The position numbers and the translations under genes are program-made. A stretch of DNA of 26,687 nt, taken from the IMG/VR virus record IMGVR_UViG_3300017909_001794, positions 1 through 26,687 of that record. One strand, 5' to 3'. Below are positions 1-8,799 of the stretch, in pieces. The DNA comes from a virus (lineage: Duplodnaviria; Caudoviricetes). Every line of letters begins with the position of its first letter. Position 1 is the stretch's first letter. The notes below the pieces were generated by a model. That model saw only the letters and a list, made by a program, of their open reading frames with translations, made no database searches and was not told where the DNA came from.

Positions 1-1005
1 AAAATCAGTAGCTCTGGTACTTGGAATACATCTGATATTCCAGATCTTAGCACTACCTATTTGACGGCAGTATCTGCTGATACGTCACCTCAACTTGGTG
101 CCAGTCTTGATGTTAATGGAAATTCAATTGTTAGCACTAGTAACGGTAATGTTACCCTTACTCCAGATGGTACAGGTGTCGTAAGTTTTGCTAACAACAC
201 TGGTACAACGTATGTAAACGGTAGCTACGGTGTAACAATTAAACCACCTACACTTAGTGCAAACCTTTCACTTGTGTTACCTGCAACTGATGGTACTGCT
301 GGTCAATACCTAAAAACTGATGGTAGTGGTAACCTTGGTTGGGCTACTGATGCTGATACAACTTACAGCCTTGCTGGAGCTGATGACAGCGGTGATTTCC
401 GTATTCGTTTGTCTGATGGCAGTACCAACGATGACGTAAAACTTAAGGCTGGTACTGGTGTTTCTTTAGATAACAGTACTGCAAATGAGTGCACTATCAG
501 TGTTTCTGCTGTACCAACTGGTGCAATTATGTGGTGGACAAACACTACTCTACCTTCTGGTTGGCTTGAGTGTAAAGGCCAAGCCTTGTCTAGGACAGAT
601 GATCAATACAGTGATCTTCGTGATCAACTTGGAAATACATTCAGCGCACACCGTGATGTTACTGTTTTCGACTTAGCTACATATCCAGAAACTGATTACT
701 TCACACTACCTGATCTACGTGGTCAATTTATTCGTGGTCTAGATACAGCTGGTACAACGGACGAAGACGCAAGGACTCTTGGTCAGGAACAGGCAGACCA
801 ATTCCAAGACCACAAGCACAGCATCAGTAACTCTCCAATTGGCAGCAAAGGCGGCGGCGCACTTTGGGATACCAGATCTGGAGGTCAGGCATACGGAAGT
901 GTTGCAGTTGGTAATCCAACAGCGCCGACTACTAACGGCACTGTCCGCTTTGGTGACGAAACCCGTCCACGTAACATCGCAATGATCGCTATTATCAAGA
1001 CTTAA
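1..1005 (+). CDS. Tail fibre protein with C-terminal tail-collar domain (5'-truncated)
   Basis: Frame is open from base 1, so the start lies upstream of the window. Collar-like motifs VPTGAIMWW..LPSGWLECKGQALSR, LPDLRGQFIRG and ETRPRNIAMIAIIK; Gly/Thr/Ser-rich fibre segments. Confidence 0.85.
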   Translation, partial: KISSSGTWNTSDIPDLSTTYLTAVSADTSPQLGASLDVNGNSIVSTSNGNVTLTPDGTGVVSFANNTGTTYVNGSYGVTIKPPTLSANLSLVLPATDGTAGQYLKTDGSGNLGWATDADTTYSLAGADDSGDFRIRLSDGSTNDDVKLKAGTGVSLDNSTANECTISVSAVPTGAIMWWTNTTLPSGWLECKGQALSRTDDQYSDLRDQLGNTFSAHRDVTVFDLATYPETDYFTLPDLRGQFIRGLDTAGTTDEDARTLGQEQADQFQDHKHSISNSPIGSKGGGALWDTRSGGQAYGSVAVGNPTAPTTNGTVRFGDETRPRNIAMIAIIKT

Positions 1006-1007
1006 TT

Positions 1008-2960
1008 ATGACACTTAATTTTCCCTCTAGTCCGTCGAACGGACAAACATACTCTCTTGCTAATGGTGCTACTTATACGTGGGACGGCGAGAAGTGGAAG
1101 GCATCTAATATCCCAGACAGCTCTGACGTTGTTCAAACTACTGACACACCAGCTAATGGTGAGGTTTTGAAGTGGGACAACGGTGCAGCTGTTTGGGCTG
1201 CTGATAACGATACTACTTATTCAGTTGGTGATGGTGGATTAACTCAAAAGAATTTCACTACTACACTTAAAACAAAGCTAGATAACATTGAAGCTAGTGC
1301 TGATGTAACTGATGCAACTAATGTAGCTGCAGCTGGCGCAGTAATGGAATCTGATACAACTACTGCAGACATGAGTTTTGTAGTAGATGAAGATGACATG
1401 TCTTCTGACTCTGATACCAAAGTACCAACCCAAGCATCAGTCAAAGCTTATGTTGACACTGAGGTTGCTAATGCTTCTTATATCGCTAGTGTTTTAGATG
1501 ACACTTCACCACAACTCGGTGGAATGTTGGATGTTAACGGTGAATCTATCGGTGATGGCACCCTTGAGTTGTTAAAATTTAGTGAAACAGCTTCTGCTGT
1601 TAACGAGTTTACTATTGCTAATGCTGCAACCGGCAATGGTCCTACACTTTCATCTACTGGTGATGATGATGATATTGATATTGTTATTGTTCCGAAAGGG
1701 ACTGGCTCTGTAGATGTCAGCAGCAGTAAGATCACTAACGTTACTGACCCAACATCGGCTCAAGATGCTGCAACAAAAGCTTATGTTGACACTGAGGTTG
1801 CTAATGCTGGTGGTGGTGGACTTACTGAATTTACTGAAGCCGATAGTGAAACAGCTCCTAACGCAACAGTACATGTCAGTAGTTTAACTTCTGCTGCTGG
1901 TTCAACAAATGCTGATGTTGCAATTGTACCTAAAGGCACTGGAGCTTTTCTAGCTAGTGTTCCTAACAACCTTACTACTGGTGGTAATAAAAGAGGTGCA
2001 AATGCAGTAGATTTACAAACCAGCAGAAGCCAGTCATCGCAAGTTGCTAGCAATACTTATTCAGTAATTTCTGGCGGTAATGAAAATTCCGCTACAGGTT
2101 ATGCTTCTAATGTTTCTGGAGGATTAGCTAATACTGCTTCCGGTGCTCGTTCCTCAGTTTTAGGAGGATCCCTTAACGCGGCTTCAAGTGACTACTCCTC
2201 AGTTTCAGGAGGACTTCTTAATGCTGCTACAGGTGGCCGCTCCTCAGTTTTAGGAGGAAACAGTAACTTAGCTTCAGGTAGCTACTCCGCAGTTTTAGGA
2301 GGATACAATAATGATGCTACAGGTAGTTATTCAGTTGCTTTTGGTGATGGTGGAAACGCATCTGGTACTTTAAGTTTAGCCTTTAGTGGTACTGCTTCGG
2401 CAGCTAGAGCAATTGCTCTTGGTGACGGTAACGTAGCTAATGGAGAGGGGAGCGCATGTATTGGAGGTTACAGAGGTGATACAAAAAGTAGAAAGGGTGT
2501 TTTTGTTATTCCTGCTGGTACAAATTCCTCTTACGGGGATGCTCAATATCAAATTCAAAACGTAAAGAAACAGACAACTGACGCAACTCAGACCATATTA
2601 CACAACGAAACTCAAGTTAGTAATAGTAGTGCTTTTAATACTTTTAGACTTGGAGTTAACCAAATGCACGTTATAAAAGGAACATGTGTTGCAGCAAAAT
2701 CTGACTACAGCCTCGCAAAAGCTTGGGATTTCACTGCAGTAGTTAAGTGGGAAAACGGCACTACAGCACCAGTAATTGTTGGCACACCAAATATAAATGT
2801 AATTATGTCGGAAACTAATTCCGATACTTGGGATATAGCTTTAGATATTCTTACTTATTCCAATATAATTGCTTCTTTTGTTGTAAAAGTCACTGGTCAA
2901 GCATCTACAACCATTGACTGGCTGTGTACTTTACATTCTACTGAACTAAACACTCTTTAA
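1008..2960 (+). CDS. Tail fibre / receptor-binding protein with beta-roll (YadA-head-like) repeats
   Basis: N-terminal LNFPSSPSNGQTY..TYTWDGEKW motif, DAATKAYVD fibre motifs, ~15-aa SxxSGG/SVLGG repeats; lies in the tail cluster. Confidence 0.8.
   Translation: MTLNFPSSPSNGQTYSLANGATYTWDGEKWKASNIPDSSDVVQTTDTPANGEVLKWDNGAAVWAADNDTTYSVGDGGLTQKNFTTTLKTKLDNIEASADVTDATNVAAAGAVMESDTTTADMSFVVDEDDMSSDSDTKVPTQASVKAYVDTEVANASYIASVLDDTSPQLGGMLDVNGESIGDGTLELLKFSETASAVNEFTIANAATGNGPTLSSTGDDDDIDIVIVPKGTGSVDVSSSKITNVTDPTSAQDAATKAYVDTEVANAGGGGLTEFTEADSETAPNATVHVSSLTSAAGSTNADVAIVPKGTGAFLASVPNNLTTGGNKRGANAVDLQTSRSQSSQVASNTYSVISGGNENSATGYASNVSGGLANTASGARSSVLGGSLNAASSDYSSVSGGLLNAATGGRSSVLGGNSNLASGSYSAVLGGYNNDATGSYSVAFGDGGNASGTLSLAFSGTASAARAIALGDGNVANGEGSACIGGYRGDTKSRKGVFVIPAGTNSSYGDAQYQIQNVKKQTTDATQTILHNETQVSNSSAFNTFRLGVNQMHVIKGTCVAAKSDYSLAKAWDFTAVVKWENGTTAPVIVGTPNINVIMSETNSDTWDIALDILTYSNIIASFVVKVTGQASTTIDWLCTLHSTELNTL
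1443..1475 (+). repeat. 33-nt perfect direct repeat, copy 1
   Basis: AAAGCTTATGTTGACACTGAGGTTGCTAATGCT, identical to 1776-1808. Confidence 0.95.
1776..1808 (+). repeat. 33-nt perfect direct repeat, copy 2
   Basis: Identical to 1443-1475; 333 nt offset keeps the frame. Confidence 0.95.
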
Positions 2961-2966
2961 TTTATT

Positions 2967-3242
2967 ATGGCTCTTTCTCAAAACATTACTGATACTTCTA
3001 TCGGTATTCCAATCAACAATGCTTACGCAAAGATTATTATTTTTAAATGCGATCAAGATAGATTCACTTTAATTGTTCAGTACTTTACAAACAGAGAAGC
3101 AGCAGAACAGAGAAAACAACCAGTACTTGATCGTCCTTACTCTGGTCAATTTTCTGAACTACAACCTGCTGATAACCCATTGCAATCTGCTTACAATTGG
3201 TTGAAAACACAGCCGGAATTTACTGATGCGGAGGATTGCTAA
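2967..3242 (+). CDS. Putative tail-fibre accessory/chaperone protein
   Basis: 91 aa directly after the fibre gene; C-terminal QSAYNWLKTQPEFTDAEDC resembles small fibre-associated proteins. Confidence 0.55.
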   Translation: MALSQNITDTSIGIPINNAYAKIIIFKCDQDRFTLIVQYFTNREAAEQRKQPVLDRPYSGQFSELQPADNPLQSAYNWLKTQPEFTDAEDC

Positions 3243-3589
3243 TGGCAATTAATTTAAACCATTATAAAAATACTGTTTCTTCTATAGGCCAAGAAGTTCA
3301 AGCAGTCTCTGCTCTTGACATTGATTGTAGTGCTGGTAACTACTTTACTAAAACCATTACCACTAACTCTACATTTACTGTAAGTAATGTGCCGTCCTCC
3401 GGGACGGCGTACTCCTTTACGCTGGAACTTACACATACCAGTGGGACTGTTACTTGGTGGTCAGGTCTTGAATGGCCTGGAGGGACTGCTCCTACACTCA
3501 CCGCTGGCAAGACACATATATTTGTGTTTGTGACTGATGACGGTGGCACTCGTTGGCGTGGAGCTTCACTTGTAGATTACACGAACTGA
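3242..3589 (+). CDS. Tail-associated hypothetical protein
   Basis: ATG at 3242 overlaps the upstream TAA. Motifs IDCSAGNYFTKT and WPGGTAPTLTAGKTHIFVFVTDDGGTRWRG resemble phage fibre-associated beta domains. Confidence 0.65.
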   Translation: MAINLNHYKNTVSSIGQEVQAVSALDIDCSAGNYFTKTITTNSTFTVSNVPSSGTAYSFTLELTHTSGTVTWWSGLEWPGGTAPTLTAGKTHIFVFVTDDGGTRWRGASLVDYTN

Positions 3590-3591
3590 TT

Positions 3592-5769
3592 ATGTTTGAT
3601 AAAATATTAATGAGTGCAGGCAGTGGCGGTGCTCCAGCTACACCTACTGATTCTTGGTTTCATATTTATAAAAACACTGGAAATGATGATGGTTATTGTC
3701 TTGCAGTAGATTCGCAAAATGGGGATATTTATTCAGGTAGTCAGATTTATAATGGCACTAGGTGGGATAGTTGGGTTTATAAATTAGATAGTACTGGTAC
3801 TGTTCAATGGTCTCAAAGACTTCCAAACAGCAGTCGTAGCACAAGTATTCAAGCCATCACTATTGATAAAGTTGGCGTTGGTAATTCTATACGAGTTTTA
3901 GCTCAAATTACCAGCCCAAATTCAATGGTCTACTTTAGATTAAGCAAATCTAATGGTACTATTTCAACCTATCAACAAAATTTTAATGAAAACAATCTAA
4001 AACTAGTCGGAATAGACGGTGATTCATCAGGAAACATTTATATGTGCGGTATCCATAAACCTGTTACTAATGGCTACGATCAAGCTGTACAAGTTAAATT
4101 TAACTCAAGCCACCAATTTCAATGGTGTAAAACTTGGAATGATCAAACAGCTAATGCCGCATTCTATGGTAACAGTAATGCCGGTTTGAATAAGAATGAT
4201 CAGTTTCATCATGTTTGGAGATGGAATGACTCATCTCCCCTGAATTACACCAGATTTTGTGTTTTATCATCTGCCGGAGCTGGTATACAACAACAAGAGC
4301 TAAAATCTACAACAGGTGTTAACACTTATCCCGAAGGTAGCTGTACTGACCCTGAAGGTAACCTCTACATAGTTTTGAAGTTTGGCAATACTTCTACAGC
4401 TTTAGTTAAACTAGATACCAATAATAGCTTTACCTTCAACAGTATAAACTGGGCGCGTGAACTTTCAAATGCAAATTACACTGCTGAGCCAGTAGGAGTG
4501 GCTGTTGATGCTTTGCGGAACGTTTATGTTTTAATCCGCAAGGTTCATAACGTAAATGCTACAACTGGGAATGATATGGTTGTTGCAAAATATAATTCTA
4601 CAGGAACACTTTTATTTAAAAGGCAGATTCAATCTAGTGGAGATGATATACCTCGTTTTATAGAAGTACACGGTGATAGTATGTATATTGGTGGGTATAC
4701 TACAGGAGGTTCAGCTATTAACAGAGATAGTTTTATTGCTAAATTACCAGCTGACGGATCGGGAACTGGAACGTTTGGTTCTTTTGTTTATGGAGTTGAA
4801 TCCGATTTAACTGATAGTAATTATACCTCAAGTTTAACAAGTACTAGTTTTAGTTCGTCGCTCCTTCAAAGTGGCAGTGTTAATTTTAGTGGTTACGCTG
4901 GTTACGGCACTGTGCCTGTTCCTACAAATTCTAGTTTAACTTATGTCCAACCACCACTTTTTACTAATCTTAACGATATAAGACCTTATTTAGGTCAAAT
5001 TGCTCATGTATTGGCAGAGAATAGTCCCAATTATCTAATTACGCTGTCTTATCCTTACTATTATAAGAGGGATGGTGATGCTAAATACGTAGGGGATGGC
5101 GGTACAGATATGTTTGACAATGCTAATTTTACCAGCCCTTGGGAAGGAAATAACCCTAGTACTGGAAACACTGCTTCGAGCCACCCAAATTGCATTGAGT
5201 ACACAAACATAACAAAAACTATTCATCCAAATGTCTCTGGTTTTCATTACGCTGCTACTGGTTGGAGATACAACAACTACAATGAAACTATTACTCAAAA
5301 CGATTTAGGTATGCCATTGATTGCTGTAAGCTCAACCGGCAACAGTGGTAACCAATACAGCGGTTGGATGAAAGGTGGTAATTCTGGTGCTGATGGTAGT
5401 GGTACTAGAACTGTAAGAAGTATCCGCAGTAATTATACAACAAATGGTTTCACTGTTTACGCAGGTGATGTAACAACATACGGCACCTCAGACGCATCTC
5501 ACTGTGATTTTTATATTGCCTTAGGTCACCCTGAATGGAACTCTAGTTTTGGCGGTGCAACTCCAATTTTTACTAACGGCGGAAGCTTAGGTACGGGATA
5601 TGTACAAAGCGTTGGAGGATTAAATTCAGCGACTCAAAATAATATACTTTGGATTACCATGCTTTTATCCGAGCGCCAACTCAACCAAGGGAGACAGCCT
5701 TCCACTTGGGCCTTAGAGACTATTATTGACAAACTCACAGCTCACCTAAAGGACCTTTTTAACTACTAA
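3592..5769 (+). CDS. Large beta-propeller-like putative receptor-binding/structural protein
   Basis: Likely start ATG 3592, just after the upstream stop. Repeated blade-like motifs AVDSQNGDIY, DSSGNIY, DPEGNLY, AVDALRNVY and KLDSTG/KYNSTG. Confidence 0.65.
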   Translation: MFDKILMSAGSGGAPATPTDSWFHIYKNTGNDDGYCLAVDSQNGDIYSGSQIYNGTRWDSWVYKLDSTGTVQWSQRLPNSSRSTSIQAITIDKVGVGNSIRVLAQITSPNSMVYFRLSKSNGTISTYQQNFNENNLKLVGIDGDSSGNIYMCGIHKPVTNGYDQAVQVKFNSSHQFQWCKTWNDQTANAAFYGNSNAGLNKNDQFHHVWRWNDSSPLNYTRFCVLSSAGAGIQQQELKSTTGVNTYPEGSCTDPEGNLYIVLKFGNTSTALVKLDTNNSFTFNSINWARELSNANYTAEPVGVAVDALRNVYVLIRKVHNVNATTGNDMVVAKYNSTGTLLFKRQIQSSGDDIPRFIEVHGDSMYIGGYTTGGSAINRDSFIAKLPADGSGTGTFGSFVYGVESDLTDSNYTSSLTSTSFSSSLLQSGSVNFSGYAGYGTVPVPTNSSLTYVQPPLFTNLNDIRPYLGQIAHVLAENSPNYLITLSYPYYYKRDGDAKYVGDGGTDMFDNANFTSPWEGNNPSTGNTASSHPNCIEYTNITKTIHPNVSGFHYAATGWRYNNYNETITQNDLGMPLIAVSSTGNSGNQYSGWMKGGNSGADGSGTRTVRSIRSNYTTNGFTVYAGDVTTYGTSDASHCDFYIALGHPEWNSSFGGATPIFTNGGSLGTGYVQSVGGLNSATQNNILWITMLLSERQLNQGRQPSTWALETIIDKLTAHLKDLFNY

Positions 5770-5774
5770 ATATT

Positions 5775-6230
5775 ATGATTGCTTTTATTGAAAACAATGT
5801 AATCACAGAATACAATGTTAGCCTGGGTGATGTTTTTAAAAAATACCCTAACACTTCATTTTGTCTACCATTAGAAGACCAAGATCTTGAAAATAATTTC
5901 GGCATTGTAACTGTAAAAGATACGCCTTATCCAGAACACAATTCTGATACACACTCTGTTCAGGAAATTACACCAACACTTGTTGATGGTGTTTGGCAAC
6001 GGACTTATAGGTTAAAAGAACATACTCAAGAAGAAAAAGATAAAATTCTTGAATCAAAGAAAATTTCTATGCGTTCTAGGCGTAACTCACGTTTAACAGA
6101 TAGTGATTGGACACAACTTCCAGATGCTTCTGTAGACGCCGCTGCTTGGGCTGCATATCGGCAAGAACTACGAGACCTTCCATCTCAGGAAGGATTCCCT
6201 GACAATATTATTTGGCCTACCAAACCATGA
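5775..6230 (+). CDS. Tail fibre assembly chaperone
   Basis: C-terminal RNSRLTDSDWTQLPD..WAAYRQELRDLP..GFP..IIWPTKP, the classic phage tail assembly chaperone motif. Confidence 0.85.
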   Translation: MIAFIENNVITEYNVSLGDVFKKYPNTSFCLPLEDQDLENNFGIVTVKDTPYPEHNSDTHSVQEITPTLVDGVWQRTYRLKEHTQEEKDKILESKKISMRSRRNSRLTDSDWTQLPDASVDAAAWAAYRQELRDLPSQEGFPDNIIWPTKP

Positions 6231-6388
6231 TTACCCTTATTCGACCCATCCTGTTTAGCTTTTTGCAGTCTGAAAAAGTAAAGATGTTGATTGTTGACAT
6301 GCTGACTAAGTTGGCAGAGTCTACCGACAACGAAATTGATGATAAAGCCGTTGAGTTTATTCGCAACGGTTTGTTCCCCAATAAGTAA
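6227..6388 (+). CDS. Small hypothetical protein (53 aa; below ORF-track cutoff)
   Basis: MITLIRPILFSFLQSEKVKMLIVDMLTKLAESTDNEIDDKAVEFIRNGLFPNK; ATGA overlap upstream and TAATG overlap downstream. Confidence 0.8.
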   Translation: MITLIRPILFSFLQSEKVKMLIVDMLTKLAESTDNEIDDKAVEFIRNGLFPNK

Positions 6389-6840
6389 TGGATCTAGGGG
6401 AGCCACCTGCATTCCCTTCTATACGGCTCCCTGAGGCACCTGTTTTACCACGTCCGGTACTGGAGGTACCACGAGCGGATTTACCATCCTACAAGCCGCT
6501 TGTAGTGCCTCCTCAGGACCTTCGTCCACCTCCGGGTATCAAGGGAAATCCAATAGAAGGTGAAACGCCTAAACCAAAACCCAAACCTTTACCACCTAAA
6601 TTACCTCCACCACCTAAACCTCCTAGTGAGATTAAGTATGTGGATGTACCTATATTAGACAAAGAAATACCAGTACCTAGTACTGAAATTCTTGTCACTG
6701 CTGTATCGACAGCAACTGTGTCGGTTGCAGCCACCCTAACAGCTACTGCAGTTTTTAAACGTTTAGTTTCACTGTTCAAACCTATCATTAAAACAGCTTG
6801 GACAAAGATAACAAAAAAGAAAACTTTATCCGATTCCTAG
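6388..6840 (+). CDS. Proline-rich protein with C-terminal hydrophobic segment
   Basis: Pro-rich N-terminal two-thirds, then ILVTAVSTATVSVAATLTATAVF followed by a basic tail; coupled start. Confidence 0.75.
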   Translation: MDLGEPPAFPSIRLPEAPVLPRPVLEVPRADLPSYKPLVVPPQDLRPPPGIKGNPIEGETPKPKPKPLPPKLPPPPKPPSEIKYVDVPILDKEIPVPSTEILVTAVSTATVSVAATLTATAVFKRLVSLFKPIIKTAWTKITKKKTLSDS

Positions 6841-6974
6841 TTCTTTGTTGGTCTGCTGCATTGCTTACTGCTAGCTATGCAGGTTGGATGGCAAAGATGG
6901 ATCCTACATATGTCGCTTCTATTCTTAGTGGCACTTTAGCTACATTTTCCATTACACGTGAGAAAAAAGAATGA
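6798..6974 (+). CDS. Small two-TM membrane protein (holin-like candidate, 58 aa)
   Basis: TTG start; MDKDNKKENFIRFLVLCWSAALLTASYAGWMAKMDPTYVASILSGTLATFSITREKKE; fills the gap and ends in an ATGA overlap with the next gene. Confidence 0.65.
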   Translation: MDKDNKKENFIRFLVLCWSAALLTASYAGWMAKMDPTYVASILSGTLATFSITREKKE

Positions 6975-7324
6975 AAAAACTATTTGCACTTTTGGTCTTT
7001 TTCCCTGCAGTGGCTAGTGCTCAAACTGTAACACCACAGTTTACACAGGGAAGTATGCAAGCTACGACTACAACTACTACCAATATCACCCGAAATGTCA
7101 CAACAAATGTTTATGGAGGAGATTATTCCTCATGGTCTGGGAACAATGTAACCGCAAGTGCGGACATCGCTGGAGCTGGTACAACATTTTCAATTACAGA
7201 TCCTACGCTACCATTCAGCCTAGAAACAGTAACTCGCACAGCAGGGATTGTAGAGGACATCACTATGACAGAAACCATCACTCAAACCTCTACCACTACA
7301 TCCTTGTCGCTCTTCTCTCAGTAA
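6971..7324 (+). CDS. Secreted Thr-rich hypothetical protein
   Basis: Signal-peptide-like MKKLFALLVFFPAVASA followed by Thr-rich beta-type sequence. Confidence 0.75.
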   Translation: MKKLFALLVFFPAVASAQTVTPQFTQGSMQATTTTTTNITRNVTTNVYGGDYSSWSGNNVTASADIAGAGTTFSITDPTLPFSLETVTRTAGIVEDITMTETITQTSTTTSLSLFSQ

Positions 7325-7773
7325 CACCTGCTTATGCAGAAGAACCTAGGGTACACAACAGCTCTAATCCTGTAGCTGCTGCTACTGGTAATGTAACAAA
7401 CCAAGCCGTACAATTTCAAAACAACGGAGCACCATCTAGGCAATATTTTGCTGGTGGTAATTCCTGCAATGGACCTACAATGACGTTTTCACCATTTTAT
7501 ATGGGTAACGATACATCACCTTATGATCCACAAGGTTATGTTGTCAATGAAAACTGGGGAGTACAGTTAAACTTTTCTGTACCTTTAGATACTGAAATGA
7601 CAAACCTATGTAAAAAAATTGCACGTCGTCACGAACAAAAACTACGGCTTGATTATGAACTAATTAGAGCTAAACATTGCACAGATATTATGAAGTCTGG
7701 GTTTACTTTTAGACCTGGATCAAGAGTTGAAGTGCTATGTAATGACATTGTTCCAATTGTATCTTTAAAATAA
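7132..7773 (+). CDS. Secreted/envelope hypothetical protein (true start uncertain)
   Basis: Internal signal-like segment YILVALLSVTPAYA-EE; the protein-like region follows it; TAATG overlap with the next gene. Confidence 0.65.
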   Translation: MVWEQCNRKCGHRWSWYNIFNYRSYATIQPRNSNSHSRDCRGHHYDRNHHSNLYHYILVALLSVTPAYAEEPRVHNSSNPVAAATGNVTNQAVQFQNNGAPSRQYFAGGNSCNGPTMTFSPFYMGNDTSPYDPQGYVVNENWGVQLNFSVPLDTEMTNLCKKIARRHEQKLRLDYELIRAKHCTDIMKSGFTFRPGSRVEVLCNDIVPIVSLK

Positions 7774-8003
7774 TGCTAGAAGCAACTGTAGCGGCATCGA
7801 TCGCAATTGCAACTGGCGTTGGAGCAGTTATCACCCGACAAAACCAACGTCTGTTGGATTTAGACAAAAGACTTGATGGAGTTGAACTCCGTGTTGCAGA
7901 AAAGTACGTGCAAAGACAAGAACTTGCACAAAGTTTAAACAAGATTGAAGGCCACTTACTACGTCTTGAATCCAAACTCGACAAATTTACTCTAAATGGC
8001 TAA
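7773..8003 (+). CDS. Small N-terminal TM plus coiled-coil protein (lysis-associated candidate)
   Basis: Hydrophobic N-terminus then heptad-like LLDLDKRLDGVELRV..LNKIEGHLLRLESKLDK; sits where T7 has holin 17.5, just before terS. Confidence 0.6.
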   Translation: MLEATVAASIAIATGVGAVITRQNQRLLDLDKRLDGVELRVAEKYVQRQELAQSLNKIEGHLLRLESKLDKFTLNG

Positions 8004-8241
8004 CAAAAAAGCAACAGAAAACCAATTCAATGAGCTGCACAATCTTGTAACAAAAGAGTTCCTTTCACGCATTAAGTCTGGTGAAGCAACTACTCAAGAT
8101 TTAAAGGCAGCCTGTGACTGGCTTAAGGCCAACGACATTAGTGGTGTTGCTTATGAAGGTAACCCACTTGATAGACTTGCAAATGTTATCCCGCAAGTTG
8201 ACCCTGAACTCGTACAGAGCAGACTCTATGGCAAAAGGTAA
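7996..8241 (+). CDS. terS: Terminase small subunit (DNA maturase A, gp18-like)
   Basis: KATENQFNELHNLVTKEFLSRIKSGEATTQDLKAACDWLKANDISG resembles podovirus gp18; upstream of terL. Confidence 0.85.
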   Translation: MANKKATENQFNELHNLVTKEFLSRIKSGEATTQDLKAACDWLKANDISGVAYEGNPLDRLANVIPQVDPELVQSRLYGKR

Positions 8242-8473
8242 AACCGCACAGCATTATGCAAAGAATGCTGCTTCACGTGCTAAACACGTACGTGACAACT
8301 CGCCTGGTGGCAAATATGCACACTCTAATGCTTATAAAAGGGAGCACTCCCGAGCACGGCGTAAAGCCGGTTTAATGGGTAAAGGTGGACCTGACATGAG
8401 CAAAAAGAATGGAAAATTTGTCAAAGAAAACCTTAAAATCAACCGTGCACGTGGAGGTGCCAAACGAGCATGA
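8228..8473 (+). CDS. Small basic protein (possibly degenerate HNH-like)
   Basis: Likely start ATG 8228 (MAKGKTAQHY); very K/R-rich; ends in an ATGA overlap with the HNH gene. Confidence 0.7.
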   Translation: MAKGKTAQHYAKNAASRAKHVRDNSPGGKYAHSNAYKREHSRARRKAGLMGKGGPDMSKKNGKFVKENLKINRARGGAKRA

Positions 8474-8799
8474 CTCCACTGTTGCCAACTCCTGATCACT
8501 ACCTACACAACCTAATTACCATGACTAGCTCTGAAGCAACCCGTCTGTGGCGTAAAGCCGTAAAGGAACTCTTCGACTGTACATGTGTTTATTGTGGAAA
8601 ATCTTATGAATTACATGAACTTACTCTTGATCACGTTAAGCCTCGTTCTCTTGGAGGTGAAACGATCACAAGCAATATCGTGCCAGCCTGTGCACATTGT
8701 AATCAGAAAAAAGGATCAGAAAATTGGCAAACATGGATGAGACGCAAGTTTGGAGTTAATAGATTACGAGAAAAAGTAATTCTTTCACATATTAAATAA
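8470..8799 (+). CDS. HNH endonuclease
   Basis: CVYCG ... LTLDHVKPRSLGG..TSNIVPACAHCNQKK: Zn-finger HNH signature. Confidence 0.93.
   Translation: MTPLLPTPDHYLHNLITMTSSEATRLWRKAVKELFDCTCVYCGKSYELHELTLDHVKPRSLGGETITSNIVPACAHCNQKKGSENWQTWMRRKFGVNRLREKVILSHIK

Noticed and set aside
1443-2375. CRISPR array or DGR template/variable repeats in the fibre gene
   Set aside because: Repeats are in-frame coding repeats, with no unique spacers, no adenine-specific mismatches and no reverse transcriptase in the window.
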